This document shows positions 48,971 through 57,319 of a DNA stretch of 64,000 nucleotides, piece by piece (the first letter of the stretch is position 1; every line of letters begins with the position of its first letter). The stretch comes from Acidobacteriota bacterium (GTDB taxonomy: Bacteria; Actinomycetota; Acidimicrobiia; Acidimicrobiales; CADCSY01), in contig JAEKLB010000020.1 in assembly GCA_019510095.1 (NCBI GenBank), positions 12,499 to 76,498 on the forward strand. Reading direction: 5' to 3'. The translations under genes and the position numbers were made by a program. Under the pieces are notes generated by a model. That model was not told the DNA's origin. It did not search any database and saw only the letters and a program-made list of their open reading frames with translations.

Positions 48971-49759
48971 GTGATCGAGGGCTCCTACCAGGGGTTCGAC
49001 ATCGAGCTGCGTGAGGGGGGCATCGGCCTCCTCACCTTCGGGCACCCCGAGCGGCTCAACGCCATCTCACCGGGCGCCAAGCGGGACCTGAGCCAGGTCA
49101 TGGCGCTGGCCCAGTTCGACGACGACCTCCGCGTGCTGGTGCTGACCGGTACCGGCAAGGCGTTCGTCGCCGGCGTCGACAACCAGCGCGCCCAACCGGA
49201 GCCACCCACGCTGGCCCAGGCCGTGCCCGTTGGGCAGCGGGCGCAGGTCACCCTCTACAGCCGGCTCGCCCACCTCGCCCAGGAGCCGGTACGGGCGATC
49301 CGCCGCCTCGACAAGCCGACGATCGCCGCCGTCAACGGCTATGCGGTGCAGCTCGGTCTGTCGATCGCGCTGGCGTGCGACTTCGCCGTCGCCGCCCGCT
49401 CGGCCCGGCTCGGCAGCGCCACCCTGCGCATGGCCTGGCAGCCTGACGAGGGCGGGCACTGGCTGCTCGTCGAGCACCTCGGCGTCAAGGAGGCGCTCGA
49501 CTTCCTGCTCCGCAAGCGCATGGTCGATGCCGAGGAGGCGTGCCGGCTCGGTCTCGTCAACGAGGTCGTCGACGACGAGGCGGTCCTCGGCCGCGCCCTC
49601 GATCTGGCAGCCGAGCTGGCCGCTGGGCCCCAGGTCTCGATGCGGCTGCTGAAGAAGGCGATCTACGGCGCCGCCCATCTCACGTTCGACCAAGCCGGCG
49701 ACGACATCGCCAGCAAGAGCGCCATCTGCGAACCCGACGGCGACCCCGCGGACGGCTGA
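48971..49759 (+). CDS. enoyl-CoA hydratase family protein, paralogue of 19255..20121 with shortened C-terminus
   Basis: GTG start. Collinear with the 19.2-kb paralogue (MIEGSYQGFD..., ATLRMAWQPDEGGHWLLVEHLGVK identical blocks), but ends ...ICEPDGDPADG* where the paralogue continues ...DFHDDAHDGSKAFFEKRPPVF. Confidence 0.85.
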   Translation: MIEGSYQGFDIELREGGIGLLTFGHPERLNAISPGAKRDLSQVMALAQFDDDLRVLVLTGTGKAFVAGVDNQRAQPEPPTLAQAVPVGQRAQVTLYSRLAHLAQEPVRAIRRLDKPTIAAVNGYAVQLGLSIALACDFAVAARSARLGSATLRMAWQPDEGGHWLLVEHLGVKEALDFLLRKRMVDAEEACRLGLVNEVVDDEAVLGRALDLAAELAAGPQVSMRLLKKAIYGAAHLTFDQAGDDIASKSAICEPDGDPADG

Positions 49760-49788
49760 CCATCCGCGTCGTGGCATCCTCTACTGCC

Positions 49789-50265
49789 GTGTCAGCCTTC
49801 GATGACCTGCTCGCCAGCAACGAAGCGTTCGCAGCAGAGTTCGCCGCCGGTGAGCTGCCTGCGCCGCCGGCCAAGCACCTCGCCGTGCTCACCTGCATGG
49901 ACGCCCGCATCCTTCCGCTCGCCGTCTTCGGGCTCGAGCCAGGCGATGCCCACATCGTCCGCAACGCCGGTGGCCGCGTGACCGACGATGCCCTGCGCTC
50001 GCTCCTGGTGTCGACCCACATCCTCGACGTCCGGTCGATCGCCGTCGTACACCACACAGAGTGCTCGATGGCTCGATTCAGCCAGGAGGACCTGAGCGTC
50101 CAGATCGGCTCCGACGGCGTCGACTTCCGGGTGATCGGCGACCCGGAGGCGTCCCTCAAGGATGACGTCGGGCAGCTGCGGTCATCACCGTGGTTCCCAC
50201 CCGACACCGACATACGCGGCTACGAGTACGACGTGCGTACCGGCCGCCTTCGCCAGATCCTCTGA
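49789..50265 (+). CDS. beta-class carbonic anhydrase
   Basis: Zinc ligands in CMDAR and HHTEC(S). GTG 49789 (alternative GTG 49771). Confidence 0.85.
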   Translation: MSAFDDLLASNEAFAAEFAAGELPAPPAKHLAVLTCMDARILPLAVFGLEPGDAHIVRNAGGRVTDDALRSLLVSTHILDVRSIAVVHHTECSMARFSQEDLSVQIGSDGVDFRVIGDPEASLKDDVGQLRSSPWFPPDTDIRGYEYDVRTGRLRQIL

Positions 50266-50344
50266 CCGACACCACGGCGAGGGCCCTGCCTGGCGCTGCG
50301 GAGCGATCACCAGGTCGGTGATGCTCCGCGGCGCCGTGCAGCGA

Positions 50345-51181
50345 TCAGGAGGAGGTGAGGCTCAGTTCCTTGACGAGTGCGGGCGCGTTGACGATCTGGC
50401 CGCTGTAGCGCATCGGATCCTCGATCGTGCAGAGGTAGTCGATGGCGGCGGCAGGAACGGCGAGCGGGATCGCACCCGTCTCTGATCCCACGATGCCCTG
50501 TTGGCGGTAGGTCTCGTCCATCGTCTCCGTCAGAACGTGCCCGGGGACCAGGTTGATGACCGCGATGTTGTGCTGCATGCCGGTAGCCGCAACCACGTTG
50601 GCCATGCGGTCGAGCGCGGCCTTGCTCGCGCCGTACAGGGGCCCATTGCGGGGCAATGAGCTGCCTGCGAGCCCGTTGGTCTCCCCGAGCGGCTTCAGAT
50701 CGGCGACCGGTGAGGTCACGTTGATGACGACGCCGCCGCCCCGCTGGCTCATCGACTCCCAGAAGGCGGTCGTGAGCATCAGGGGTGCTGTCACGTTGAT
50801 GGCGAAGCCCTTCTCCCACTGATCCCGGGTCAGCTCGGGCACGGTCGAGAACAGCGCCTTGCCGACGGTGTAGGCCGCGTTGTTGATGAGGATGTCGACC
50901 CCGCCGCAGTGCTCGAGCGTCGACGCCACCAGCCGATCAAGGTCGTCCTGACGCGAGAGGTCAGCGGCCAGAACCAACGGCTCGCAGCCCAAGGCCCGGA
51001 GCTCGTCGGCCGTGTCACCGAGCGTGCCAGGGGTGTTCGCACGCGCCTCGACCGTACGTGCCGCGATCACCACCTTGGCACCGTGGCTGGCCAATCGCAG
51101 GGCTGCCTGCTTGCCGATGCCGCGGCTGGCCCCGGTGATCACCGCAACTTTCCCGTCCAGTCGGTCGTCAGTCCCGCTCAT
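50345..51181 (-). CDS. SDR family oxidoreductase
   Basis: Contains VAVITGASRGIG, NNAA and YGASK. Confidence 0.85.
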   Translation of the reverse strand: MSGTDDRLDGKVAVITGASRGIGKQAALRLASHGAKVVIAARTVEARANTPGTLGDTADELRALGCEPLVLAADLSRQDDLDRLVASTLEHCGGVDILINNAAYTVGKALFSTVPELTRDQWEKGFAINVTAPLMLTTAFWESMSQRGGGVVINVTSPVADLKPLGETNGLAGSSLPRNGPLYGASKAALDRMANVVAATGMQHNIAVINLVPGHVLTETMDETYRQQGIVGSETGAIPLAVPAAAIDYLCTIEDPMRYSGQIVNAPALVKELSLTSS

Positions 51182-51274
51182 GCGAGAACCGCGCCGCGAC
51201 GACCCGAACCACTCGAAGGCTTCATGGCGGCGAGTGTAGAACGGCGCGCCTCGGCGCGTCCCGTCCCGTTCGGC

Positions 51275-52189
51275 CTAGGGGACGGTGATCACGACCTTGC
51301 CGGTCACGTGGCCGGTCTCCACGTGGGCCAAGGCGTCAGCCGCCCGTTCGAGCGGGTAGGTCGCGGTGACGCACGGGTCGAGCACGCCCCGCACCACGAG
51401 CTCGGCGAGCTCGATCAGCGTCGCGGACGGACGGTCGCGGTTGACCACCAGACCGCCGAACTCGGCGGCCACGGCCGTCTCCGCCACCTCCACGATGCGG
51501 GAGCTGTCGGCCAGCAGCGGCGCGACGTCACTGAGGGCGACGCTGCCAACCGTGTCGATGATGGCGGTGATCCCAGAGGGGGCGAGGGCCTCGATCCGCT
51601 CCCGTACACCTTCACCGTACGCGACGGGCTCGGCGCCGAGCTTCTCGAGGAACACGTGCTTGGGCTCGCTCGCCGTGCCGATCACACGCACACCCCGATC
51701 GCGCAACAGTTGAACGGCAGCCACACCCACACCACCGGCCGCGCCCGTCACGACGACGACGTCCGCCGCCCCGAGCTGCAGCTGCGCCAACGCGTTGTAC
51801 GCCGTCACCGAGGCGATGGGCAGCACGGCGGCGACCGTGAAGGACACCTCGGGGGGCTTGTGGGCAGTGACGTCGGCGTCGAGCAACGCGTACTCGGCGA
51901 ACCCGGCCATCGGGGTGGAGCCGAACACCTCGTCGCCTGGGGCGAAACCGGTGACCTGGGGCCCGACCGCCTCCACGACGCCGGAGACCTCGCGCCCGAG
52001 AACGGCCGGGAGGTCGAGCGGCATGAAGTCACGGAGACGGCCGTTCCGGGTCTTCACGTCGACGGGATTGACACCAGCAGCGCGCACCCCGACGAGCAGC
52101 TGGCCGGCAGCAGGGCTCGGCATCGGGACCTCGGCCAGCGCCAACTGCTCCGGACCGCCATAGTCCTTGAACACGAGCGCTCGGGGCAC
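51275..52189 (-). CDS. NADPH:quinone oxidoreductase / zinc-type alcohol dehydrogenase-like (MDR) protein
   Basis: GTG 52187-52189 is preceded by GAAGGAGGG. Contains (V)PRALVFKDYGGPEQL and the Rossmann motif VTGAAGGVG. Confidence 0.85.
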   Translation of the reverse strand: MPRALVFKDYGGPEQLALAEVPMPSPAAGQLLVGVRAAGVNPVDVKTRNGRLRDFMPLDLPAVLGREVSGVVEAVGPQVTGFAPGDEVFGSTPMAGFAEYALLDADVTAHKPPEVSFTVAAVLPIASVTAYNALAQLQLGAADVVVVTGAAGGVGVAAVQLLRDRGVRVIGTASEPKHVFLEKLGAEPVAYGEGVRERIEALAPSGITAIIDTVGSVALSDVAPLLADSSRIVEVAETAVAAEFGGLVVNRDRPSATLIELAELVVRGVLDPCVTATYPLERAADALAHVETGHVTGKVVITVP

Positions 52190-52335
52190 AGACCCTCCTT
52201 CGATCCAGACCTGACCCACTCACCGAATCATCAGCGGCAGCAAGCTACCGAAGGACTCGGAGCCCGAGTGGTCCCGAGGTCTCGATCAAAGGCGCCGACC
52301 GGAGCGGCCAGCGCCGCGCCCGAAGCGGGCGATCG

Positions 52336-52773
52336 TCAAGCGGCCTTCATGTGCTGTCGCTTGGCCGCCTCGAACTTCCGTCCAACGTCTTCGAGGGTCC
52401 CCGGATCGGTCTTCTGCTTCCACTCGGGAAGGATGGCCTGCTCTTCCTCGTGGACGTGGTGCTGAATCGCCTCCATCAGCTCGGACAGCTGCGCCATGAA
52501 CTGCCCGTCATCACCAACGCACCCACGGAGCTCCTCGAGCATCGTCGACGCCTCGGCGTGCTCCTGGGTGGCCTCCTCGCTGTCGAAGCTGGCCACGCCG
52601 GCCTGGGCGATCAGTGGATAGACAACCTGTTCCTCGGCCTCGGTGTGGGGTACCAGCAGCACGGCGAGCTGGTCGACCAAGCCGCTGCGATCTCCGTCGC
52701 CCGACTGCAGCCTTGCGAAGACCTTCTCGACCTCCCGGTGGTCCTGTTCGATCATCGTCACGACATCCGCCAT
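52336..52773 (-). CDS. hemerythrin HHE cation-binding domain protein
   Basis: Contains MIEQDHREVE...HTEAEEQVVYP...HHVHEEEQ. Confidence 0.8.
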   Translation of the reverse strand: MADVVTMIEQDHREVEKVFARLQSGDGDRSGLVDQLAVLLVPHTEAEEQVVYPLIAQAGVASFDSEEATQEHAEASTMLEELRGCVGDDGQFMAQLSELMEAIQHHVHEEEQAILPEWKQKTDPGTLEDVGRKFEAAKRQHMKAA

Positions 52774-52963
52774 GTCATGGCCTCCTCATGGTCCGCTCTG
52801 GCAATCCCCTACCCCCACGACCCTCCGAGAAGACACCTGCTCTCGGGGGTCAAGAGTCGGCGACGGGGGTAGAGCCTGGCGCGACGGTTGAGCAGGCAGC
52901 CATCCCCCGATCCGCGCACGCGGCGACGCGTCATCGCCTGGAATCTGCAGGAGCAACCGGGGC

Positions 52964-53596
52964 ATGGGGAACAGAGCTGGGACGCGCTGGCCGGGGCGAT
53001 GGTGTCGCCATCCCCGGCTCGGCGCCGCCGCCACCTTGCTGGTGCTGCTCGCCGTTGCCTGCAACCCCTCAGGGGCGACGGACCGAGCCGACATCCGGGC
53101 GCCCGCCGAGGCCGCGGTGGGGCTCGCCGGCAGCGCGCTCGCGCCGGGCCGGCCACGGGCGCCCCTGTCGGGGGCCCTGACCGCGGACGCGCTGCTGTTG
53201 ACTGCGTTGCGGGACGCGACGGCAGAGCTGCTCGGCCGTGCGCCAACCGCCGCCGAGGGGTTCACGTTCATCCGGGTCTTCCACGCAGCCGAGCTGGAGG
53301 CCCGGCGTCGGCATGCCGATGGACTCACCATGAGGGTCCCCATTCCGGGGACGATGGCTCGGCAGTTCGTCATCGAGCAGCACCGACCAGAGATCCAGGC
53401 CTTCACGGCTCGTCTCCGCTCGCAAGCGTCGGTGTCCACCTCCACGACGCCCCCGCCACCGACCCCGGTCCGCGCACCGAACCGTCCGCTGCCACCGGCC
53501 ATCCCGATGTCGACGACGTCGACCACCACGGCCACGACGGCCCCCACCGAGAACCCGTCGCCGTCGGAGACGGCCGCGAGTGAGACCCAGCCGTGA
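52964..53596 (+). CDS. hypothetical lipoprotein
   Basis: Signal peptide with a lipobox (LLVLLAVAC|N). The C-terminus is Ser/Thr/Pro-rich. Confidence 0.55.
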   Translation: MGNRAGTRWPGRWCRHPRLGAAATLLVLLAVACNPSGATDRADIRAPAEAAVGLAGSALAPGRPRAPLSGALTADALLLTALRDATAELLGRAPTAAEGFTFIRVFHAAELEARRRHADGLTMRVPIPGTMARQFVIEQHRPEIQAFTARLRSQASVSTSTTPPPPTPVRAPNRPLPPAIPMSTTSTTTATTAPTENPSPSETAASETQP

Positions 53597-53771
53597 TCAA
53601 CCATCGGAAATCGAGGAAGGCCACCTCGTCCGCCACTATCGACGTCGCAACGGCGAGCTATGGGACGCCATCACGATGGGTCTCGTCCTCGACGACTCAT
53701 CACCTGGATCGCCCCATTCCGCCGCATCCCCTCTCTAAGCGCGCGATCGCGCGTCACTTTCGCCGTCATCG

Positions 53772-55073
53772 TTGACCAGGACGTGGTCATACTGCAGCGT
53801 GCACATCGGGGGGTGGGCCGGTCCTCGCCGCGGCAAGGTGATAGCGGCGGTCGCAGCAGCATCGGTCCTGTTGACGCTGGTTTCGGCTGCGCCAGGAGCG
53901 CGCGCCGCCGACTACCAGGAGGTGCGCTACGAGCACTGGGTCGACCCGTCGAGGCCGACGCCGCCGAACGGGACCTATCCCGGCACGTCCTCGCGCAGCA
54001 TCGACATTCGCTTCCTGGTGCCGCCCGGCAACGGCCCGTTTCCGCTGGTGATCTACAGCCACGGGCAGAACGGGACCATGGAGGGTTCGGACGCGCTGTT
54101 GCGGCCCCTCGAGAAGGCCGGCTACCTCGTGGCCATCCCCGACTACCCGTACGCGCGGCTGAACCCGCCCGGAGGCCTGACCGGCATCGACCGGGTGAAC
54201 GAGACGAAGGACGAGACATTCGTTCTGGACAAGATCCTCGACGTTTCGGAGCACTTCACCGGATGGCTCGGCGGCCTCGTCGACGCCACGCGCGTCGCGG
54301 CGGCCGGTCAGTCGCGTGGCGGCTACACGACGCTAGGCCTGTTCAACAGCTGCTGCCGCGACGATCGCTTCAAGGCGGTGATCATGCTCTCCGCCGCGCT
54401 CGACGGCCGGGACGACTTCAAGGGCACCTGGCTGCCGAACCCGCCGTTCCTCGGTATCGCCGGCGACGCCGACTCCTACAAGGATCTGCACCTCTACGAC
54501 ACGAACCACGCCTTTTTCGCCACCACCAGCAGCCCCACCTATTTCATCACCGCCCTGGGCGCCGACCACACCGATCCCCTCAACCCCCGGCTCAAGTGGG
54601 CCGGCTGGGTGGCCGACGCCATGGTGGGCTTCCTCGACACCTATGTCCGCGCCGACCCGACGGGACCGCAACGACTCGGCAACGGCGGCAACCACCCGGG
54701 GGCGACCCGCTGCGAGGGCTGCAAGCCCTACCGGGAGACACCGACCACTGACCTGCCCAGCGCAACGACGTCGACAACGACCACCCTCAAGACGTCCAAG
54801 CCGACCTTGACGACCAAGAAGCCAGCACTCAAGGTGACGCCGAAGGCGACAGCCACGACCACGAACGGTGCAGCCAAGACGAAGCCGGCCGCGACGAAGA
54901 AGACCGCCACCCCGAAGCGACCGGCAAAGACGGGCACCCCGCCGGCCAAGGCGCCGACCACCACAATGCCTCCGACTTCGACGACGGAGACGACGGTGCT
55001 TTCCAACCTCGAGATCCGGATACCGGGCGGGGCGCGGACCGATACATCAACGACGCCAAACACCACCGGGTAA
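53772..55073 (+). CDS. secreted alpha/beta hydrolase (dienelactone-hydrolase / PAF-acetylhydrolase-like) with Thr/Lys/Pro-rich C-terminal tail
   Basis: Signal peptide ...LVSAAPGARA|AD, PLVIYSHGQNG and the nucleophile elbow GQSRGG. The last ~110 aa are low-complexity T/K/P/A. Confidence 0.7.
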   Translation: MTRTWSYCSVHIGGWAGPRRGKVIAAVAAASVLLTLVSAAPGARAADYQEVRYEHWVDPSRPTPPNGTYPGTSSRSIDIRFLVPPGNGPFPLVIYSHGQNGTMEGSDALLRPLEKAGYLVAIPDYPYARLNPPGGLTGIDRVNETKDETFVLDKILDVSEHFTGWLGGLVDATRVAAAGQSRGGYTTLGLFNSCCRDDRFKAVIMLSAALDGRDDFKGTWLPNPPFLGIAGDADSYKDLHLYDTNHAFFATTSSPTYFITALGADHTDPLNPRLKWAGWVADAMVGFLDTYVRADPTGPQRLGNGGNHPGATRCEGCKPYRETPTTDLPSATTSTTTTLKTSKPTLTTKKPALKVTPKATATTTNGAAKTKPAATKKTATPKRPAKTGTPPAKAPTTTMPPTSTTETTVLSNLEIRIPGGARTDTSTTPNTTG

Positions 55074-55201
55074 GGACCGCGACCGTGAGTCCGACTCCGA
55101 TGTCCTCCCGCGGTGACGCTCCATAGCCCCTATTGGCTCCCCACTCACGTTCCGACGCTCACGTGAGACAAGCAATGAGGCTCTGAGCAGGAGTTCTCGG
55201 G

Positions 55202-55275
55202 TGGGCCGTACAGGACTTGAACCTGTGACCCCTTGCGTGTCATGCAAGTGCTCTACCAAGCTGAGCTAACGGCCC
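55202..55275 (-). tRNA. tRNA-Val (GAC)
   Basis: Reverse-strand cloverleaf: acceptor gggccgt/acggccc, D arm gctc/gagc, anticodon arm cttgc-atGACac-gcaag, T arm acagg-ttcaagt-cctgt. Confidence 0.9.
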
Positions 55276-55309
55276 GAGGCGTGCGAGGGTAGCAGCCGAC
55301 GTCGGCCTC

Positions 55310-55957
55310 TCAGCCGCCCGCGATGTCGTGATTGCGTAGATCGGCCACGAGATCAGCAAGGAGCCGGGGCGCCGCCGTTGCGATGCTTGCCTCGGCATTG
55401 CCCAACGCCGTGACGAGCGGAACGAGGTCACCCGCAGCCAGTGACAAGCGAGGTCGGCGGGTGAGGATGACCCCGACCCGCTCGGCCACCTCTTCGATGT
55501 TCGAGATGCGTGCCGGGATGTCGACCTCGCGGAGGCGGATGACGAGCTGCACCCAGCGCGCCCGCTGAGCATCGTCATCGAGGACGTCGGCCAGGCCGGC
55601 GCCGGTCGCCAGCGCTGCGTCGAAGGCGACACGGGCGGGCTCGTGCCACTGGAGCGTCGCGTCGAGGAGCAGCTCGTAGCCGACGTGGGCCGCCGCTCGG
55701 CGTGCTCCGGTCGCCAGCCCCGCCTCCCGCAGCTCCGACCGGAGCGACGCCACGCCGGTCCGAAACGTCGGATGGTTGTGGAATGCGGCGTCGGCCACAT
55801 GGTGGAGCTGCCTGCCGCGCTCCACGGCCGCTGGTAGCTGATCGCCAAAGCGCACCGCCACGAGCGAGGCAAGATCGGGGAGCATCGTCCCCAGCAGGGC
55901 CTGGGGCTCGGCAACCCCGGCGGCGTGTGCGGTCCATGCATGAGCAGGGAAGTTCAT
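55310..55957 (-). CDS. hypothetical protein, ACP-phosphodiesterase (AcpH/DUF479)-like N-terminus
   Basis: ATG 55955-55957. MNFPAHAW... and HHVADAAFHNHP resemble the AcpH family (MNFLAHLHL...). The assignment is tentative. The rest of track ORF 55310..56380 is over-extension. Confidence 0.5.
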   Translation of the reverse strand: MNFPAHAWTAHAAGVAEPQALLGTMLPDLASLVAVRFGDQLPAAVERGRQLHHVADAAFHNHPTFRTGVASLRSELREAGLATGARRAAAHVGYELLLDATLQWHEPARVAFDAALATGAGLADVLDDDAQRARWVQLVIRLREVDIPARISNIEEVAERVGVILTRRPRLSLAAGDLVPLVTALGNAEASIATAAPRLLADLVADLRNHDIAGG

Positions 55958-56609
55958 GGTTGTTCGGGCAGCGTACGCTCGGCCGATACCTATGACGGGC
56001 AGGGGGCTCCGCGCCAAGCGAGCACGAGAGCGCGCCATCGGCGTCATGCTCCTGCTGCCCGCTGCGCCGGTGCTCGCACTCGCCGCTGCGGCCATCTGGC
56101 TGGAGAGCCGTCTCGACCACCGCGCTCGTGGGCCAGTGCTCTTCCGCGAACAGCGAATCGCCGAGGGACGGGTGATCGAGCTGCTCAAGTTCCGGACACT
56201 CGACGCGAGCGCGCTGGCATCCCTCGGCGATGGGCCGACGCACATCGCCACCCTCGAGCGCGAAGGCCGGATGACACGCAGCGGGCGAACGATCAAGCAG
56301 TGGTACCTCGACGAGCTCCCCCAGCTGTGGAACATCGCCCGCGGTGACATCGGACTGGTCGGCACCAGGCCGTACCCCATCGAGCTCTACGAGGCTGAGC
56401 TGGCCGCCGGGATCACCCGCAAGCGCGACATGCCGTCAGGCCTCATCGGGCCGGTGCAGTCCCGAAAGGGAACGACGATGGATGCCCTCGCCCTCGACCA
56501 GGAGTACTGGGACGCGTGCCGCTCGTACTCGTCATGGCGCCTCGCCCTGCTCGATCTCCGGATCACCCTTCGCTCCGCCCGCGTGCTGCTCCAGCACAAG
56601 GGCATCTGA
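55956..56609 (+). CDS. sugar transferase (polyprenyl-phosphate hexose-1-phosphate transferase, PglC/WbaP C-terminal type)
   Basis: Membrane re-entrant helix, then KFRTL and DELPQLWNIARGDIGLVGTRP. An alternative, more typical start is ATG 55992 (MTGRGLRAKRA...). Confidence 0.85.
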   Translation: MVVRAAYARPIPMTGRGLRAKRARERAIGVMLLLPAAPVLALAAAAIWLESRLDHRARGPVLFREQRIAEGRVIELLKFRTLDASALASLGDGPTHIATLEREGRMTRSGRTIKQWYLDELPQLWNIARGDIGLVGTRPYPIELYEAELAAGITRKRDMPSGLIGPVQSRKGTTMDALALDQEYWDACRSYSSWRLALLDLRITLRSARVLLQHKGI

Positions 56610-56621
56610 CCCGCCTCACCT

Positions 56622-56671
56622 GAACTCGCGACGGATCCTCGGCAGATCTGCCGAGGATCCGTCGCGGGTTC
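56622..56671. repeat. palindromic intergenic repeat, copy 3 (perfect 40-bp core)
   Basis: The core is CGCGACGGATCCTCGGCAGA|TCTGCCGAGGATCCGTCGCG (56627-56666). The arms extend to GAACt.../...gGTTC. Lies between the convergent stops at 56609 and 56684. Confidence 0.8.
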
Positions 56672-56683
56672 GGGCAACGGGGC

Positions 56684-57319
56684 TCAGGCCAGCAGGGGGA
56701 GGACGTCGGCCGCGCCCGTACAGATGGGAACGTCGAGCCACTGGGTGAGCCATCCGGCGTTGCGCGGATGGAGGTCGTCGAGCGGGTCGTAACGGTTGAG
56801 GACCACTGCGACCCGGTAGCGCTCGATCGGGGGAAGGCAGGTCCGCACCGCGTGCAGCGTGCCGAGGCCGGCGTCGGCGACCAGGACCACCAGGTCGGGG
56901 GCCAGGGCCTCGGCCAGGTCGACGGTGTCGGCACCGTCGTGGGTGATCGGCGATCGAACGCCGCCGACACCCTCGACCACGCCGAGCCGTACCGAGCTGG
57001 GCCACGTGACCTCGTCGATCAGCTCCGACAACCGCAGCCGGGGGCGGCCGAGGACGTCGGCGGCCATGAAGGGCGCCATCGCCCGCTCATACGAGCGGTG
57101 CGGTGGGCACACGACGTCGGGATCCTCGCCCGATGCCGCGGCGAGCACGTCGGCGTCGGTTGGCGTACCCGGCTCGGACGACTGCGTCGGCTTGCGAGCC
57201 GCCACTGACCAGCCCACCGTGCGAGCAGCTCGCAGCAGCTCGGCGGCCACCCAGGTCTTCCCGACGCCCGTACCGGTGCCGGTGACCAGCACGACCCGGG
57301 CCGGGCGCTCACCGGCCAT
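56684..57319 (-). CDS. bioD: dethiobiotin synthase
   Basis: ATG 57317-57319. Has the P-loop VTGTGTGVGKT and VEGVGGV. 11-nt overlap with bioF. Confidence 0.85.
   Translation of the reverse strand: MAGERPARVVLVTGTGTGVGKTWVAAELLRAARTVGWSVAARKPTQSSEPGTPTDADVLAAASGEDPDVVCPPHRSYERAMAPFMAADVLGRPRLRLSELIDEVTWPSSVRLGVVEGVGGVRSPITHDGADTVDLAEALAPDLVVLVADAGLGTLHAVRTCLPPIERYRVAVVLNRYDPLDDLHPRNAGWLTQWLDVPICTGAADVLPLLA

Noticed and set aside
55047-55259. 70-aa track ORF.
   Set aside because: It overlaps tRNA-Val(GAC) on the same strand and shows no coding signal.
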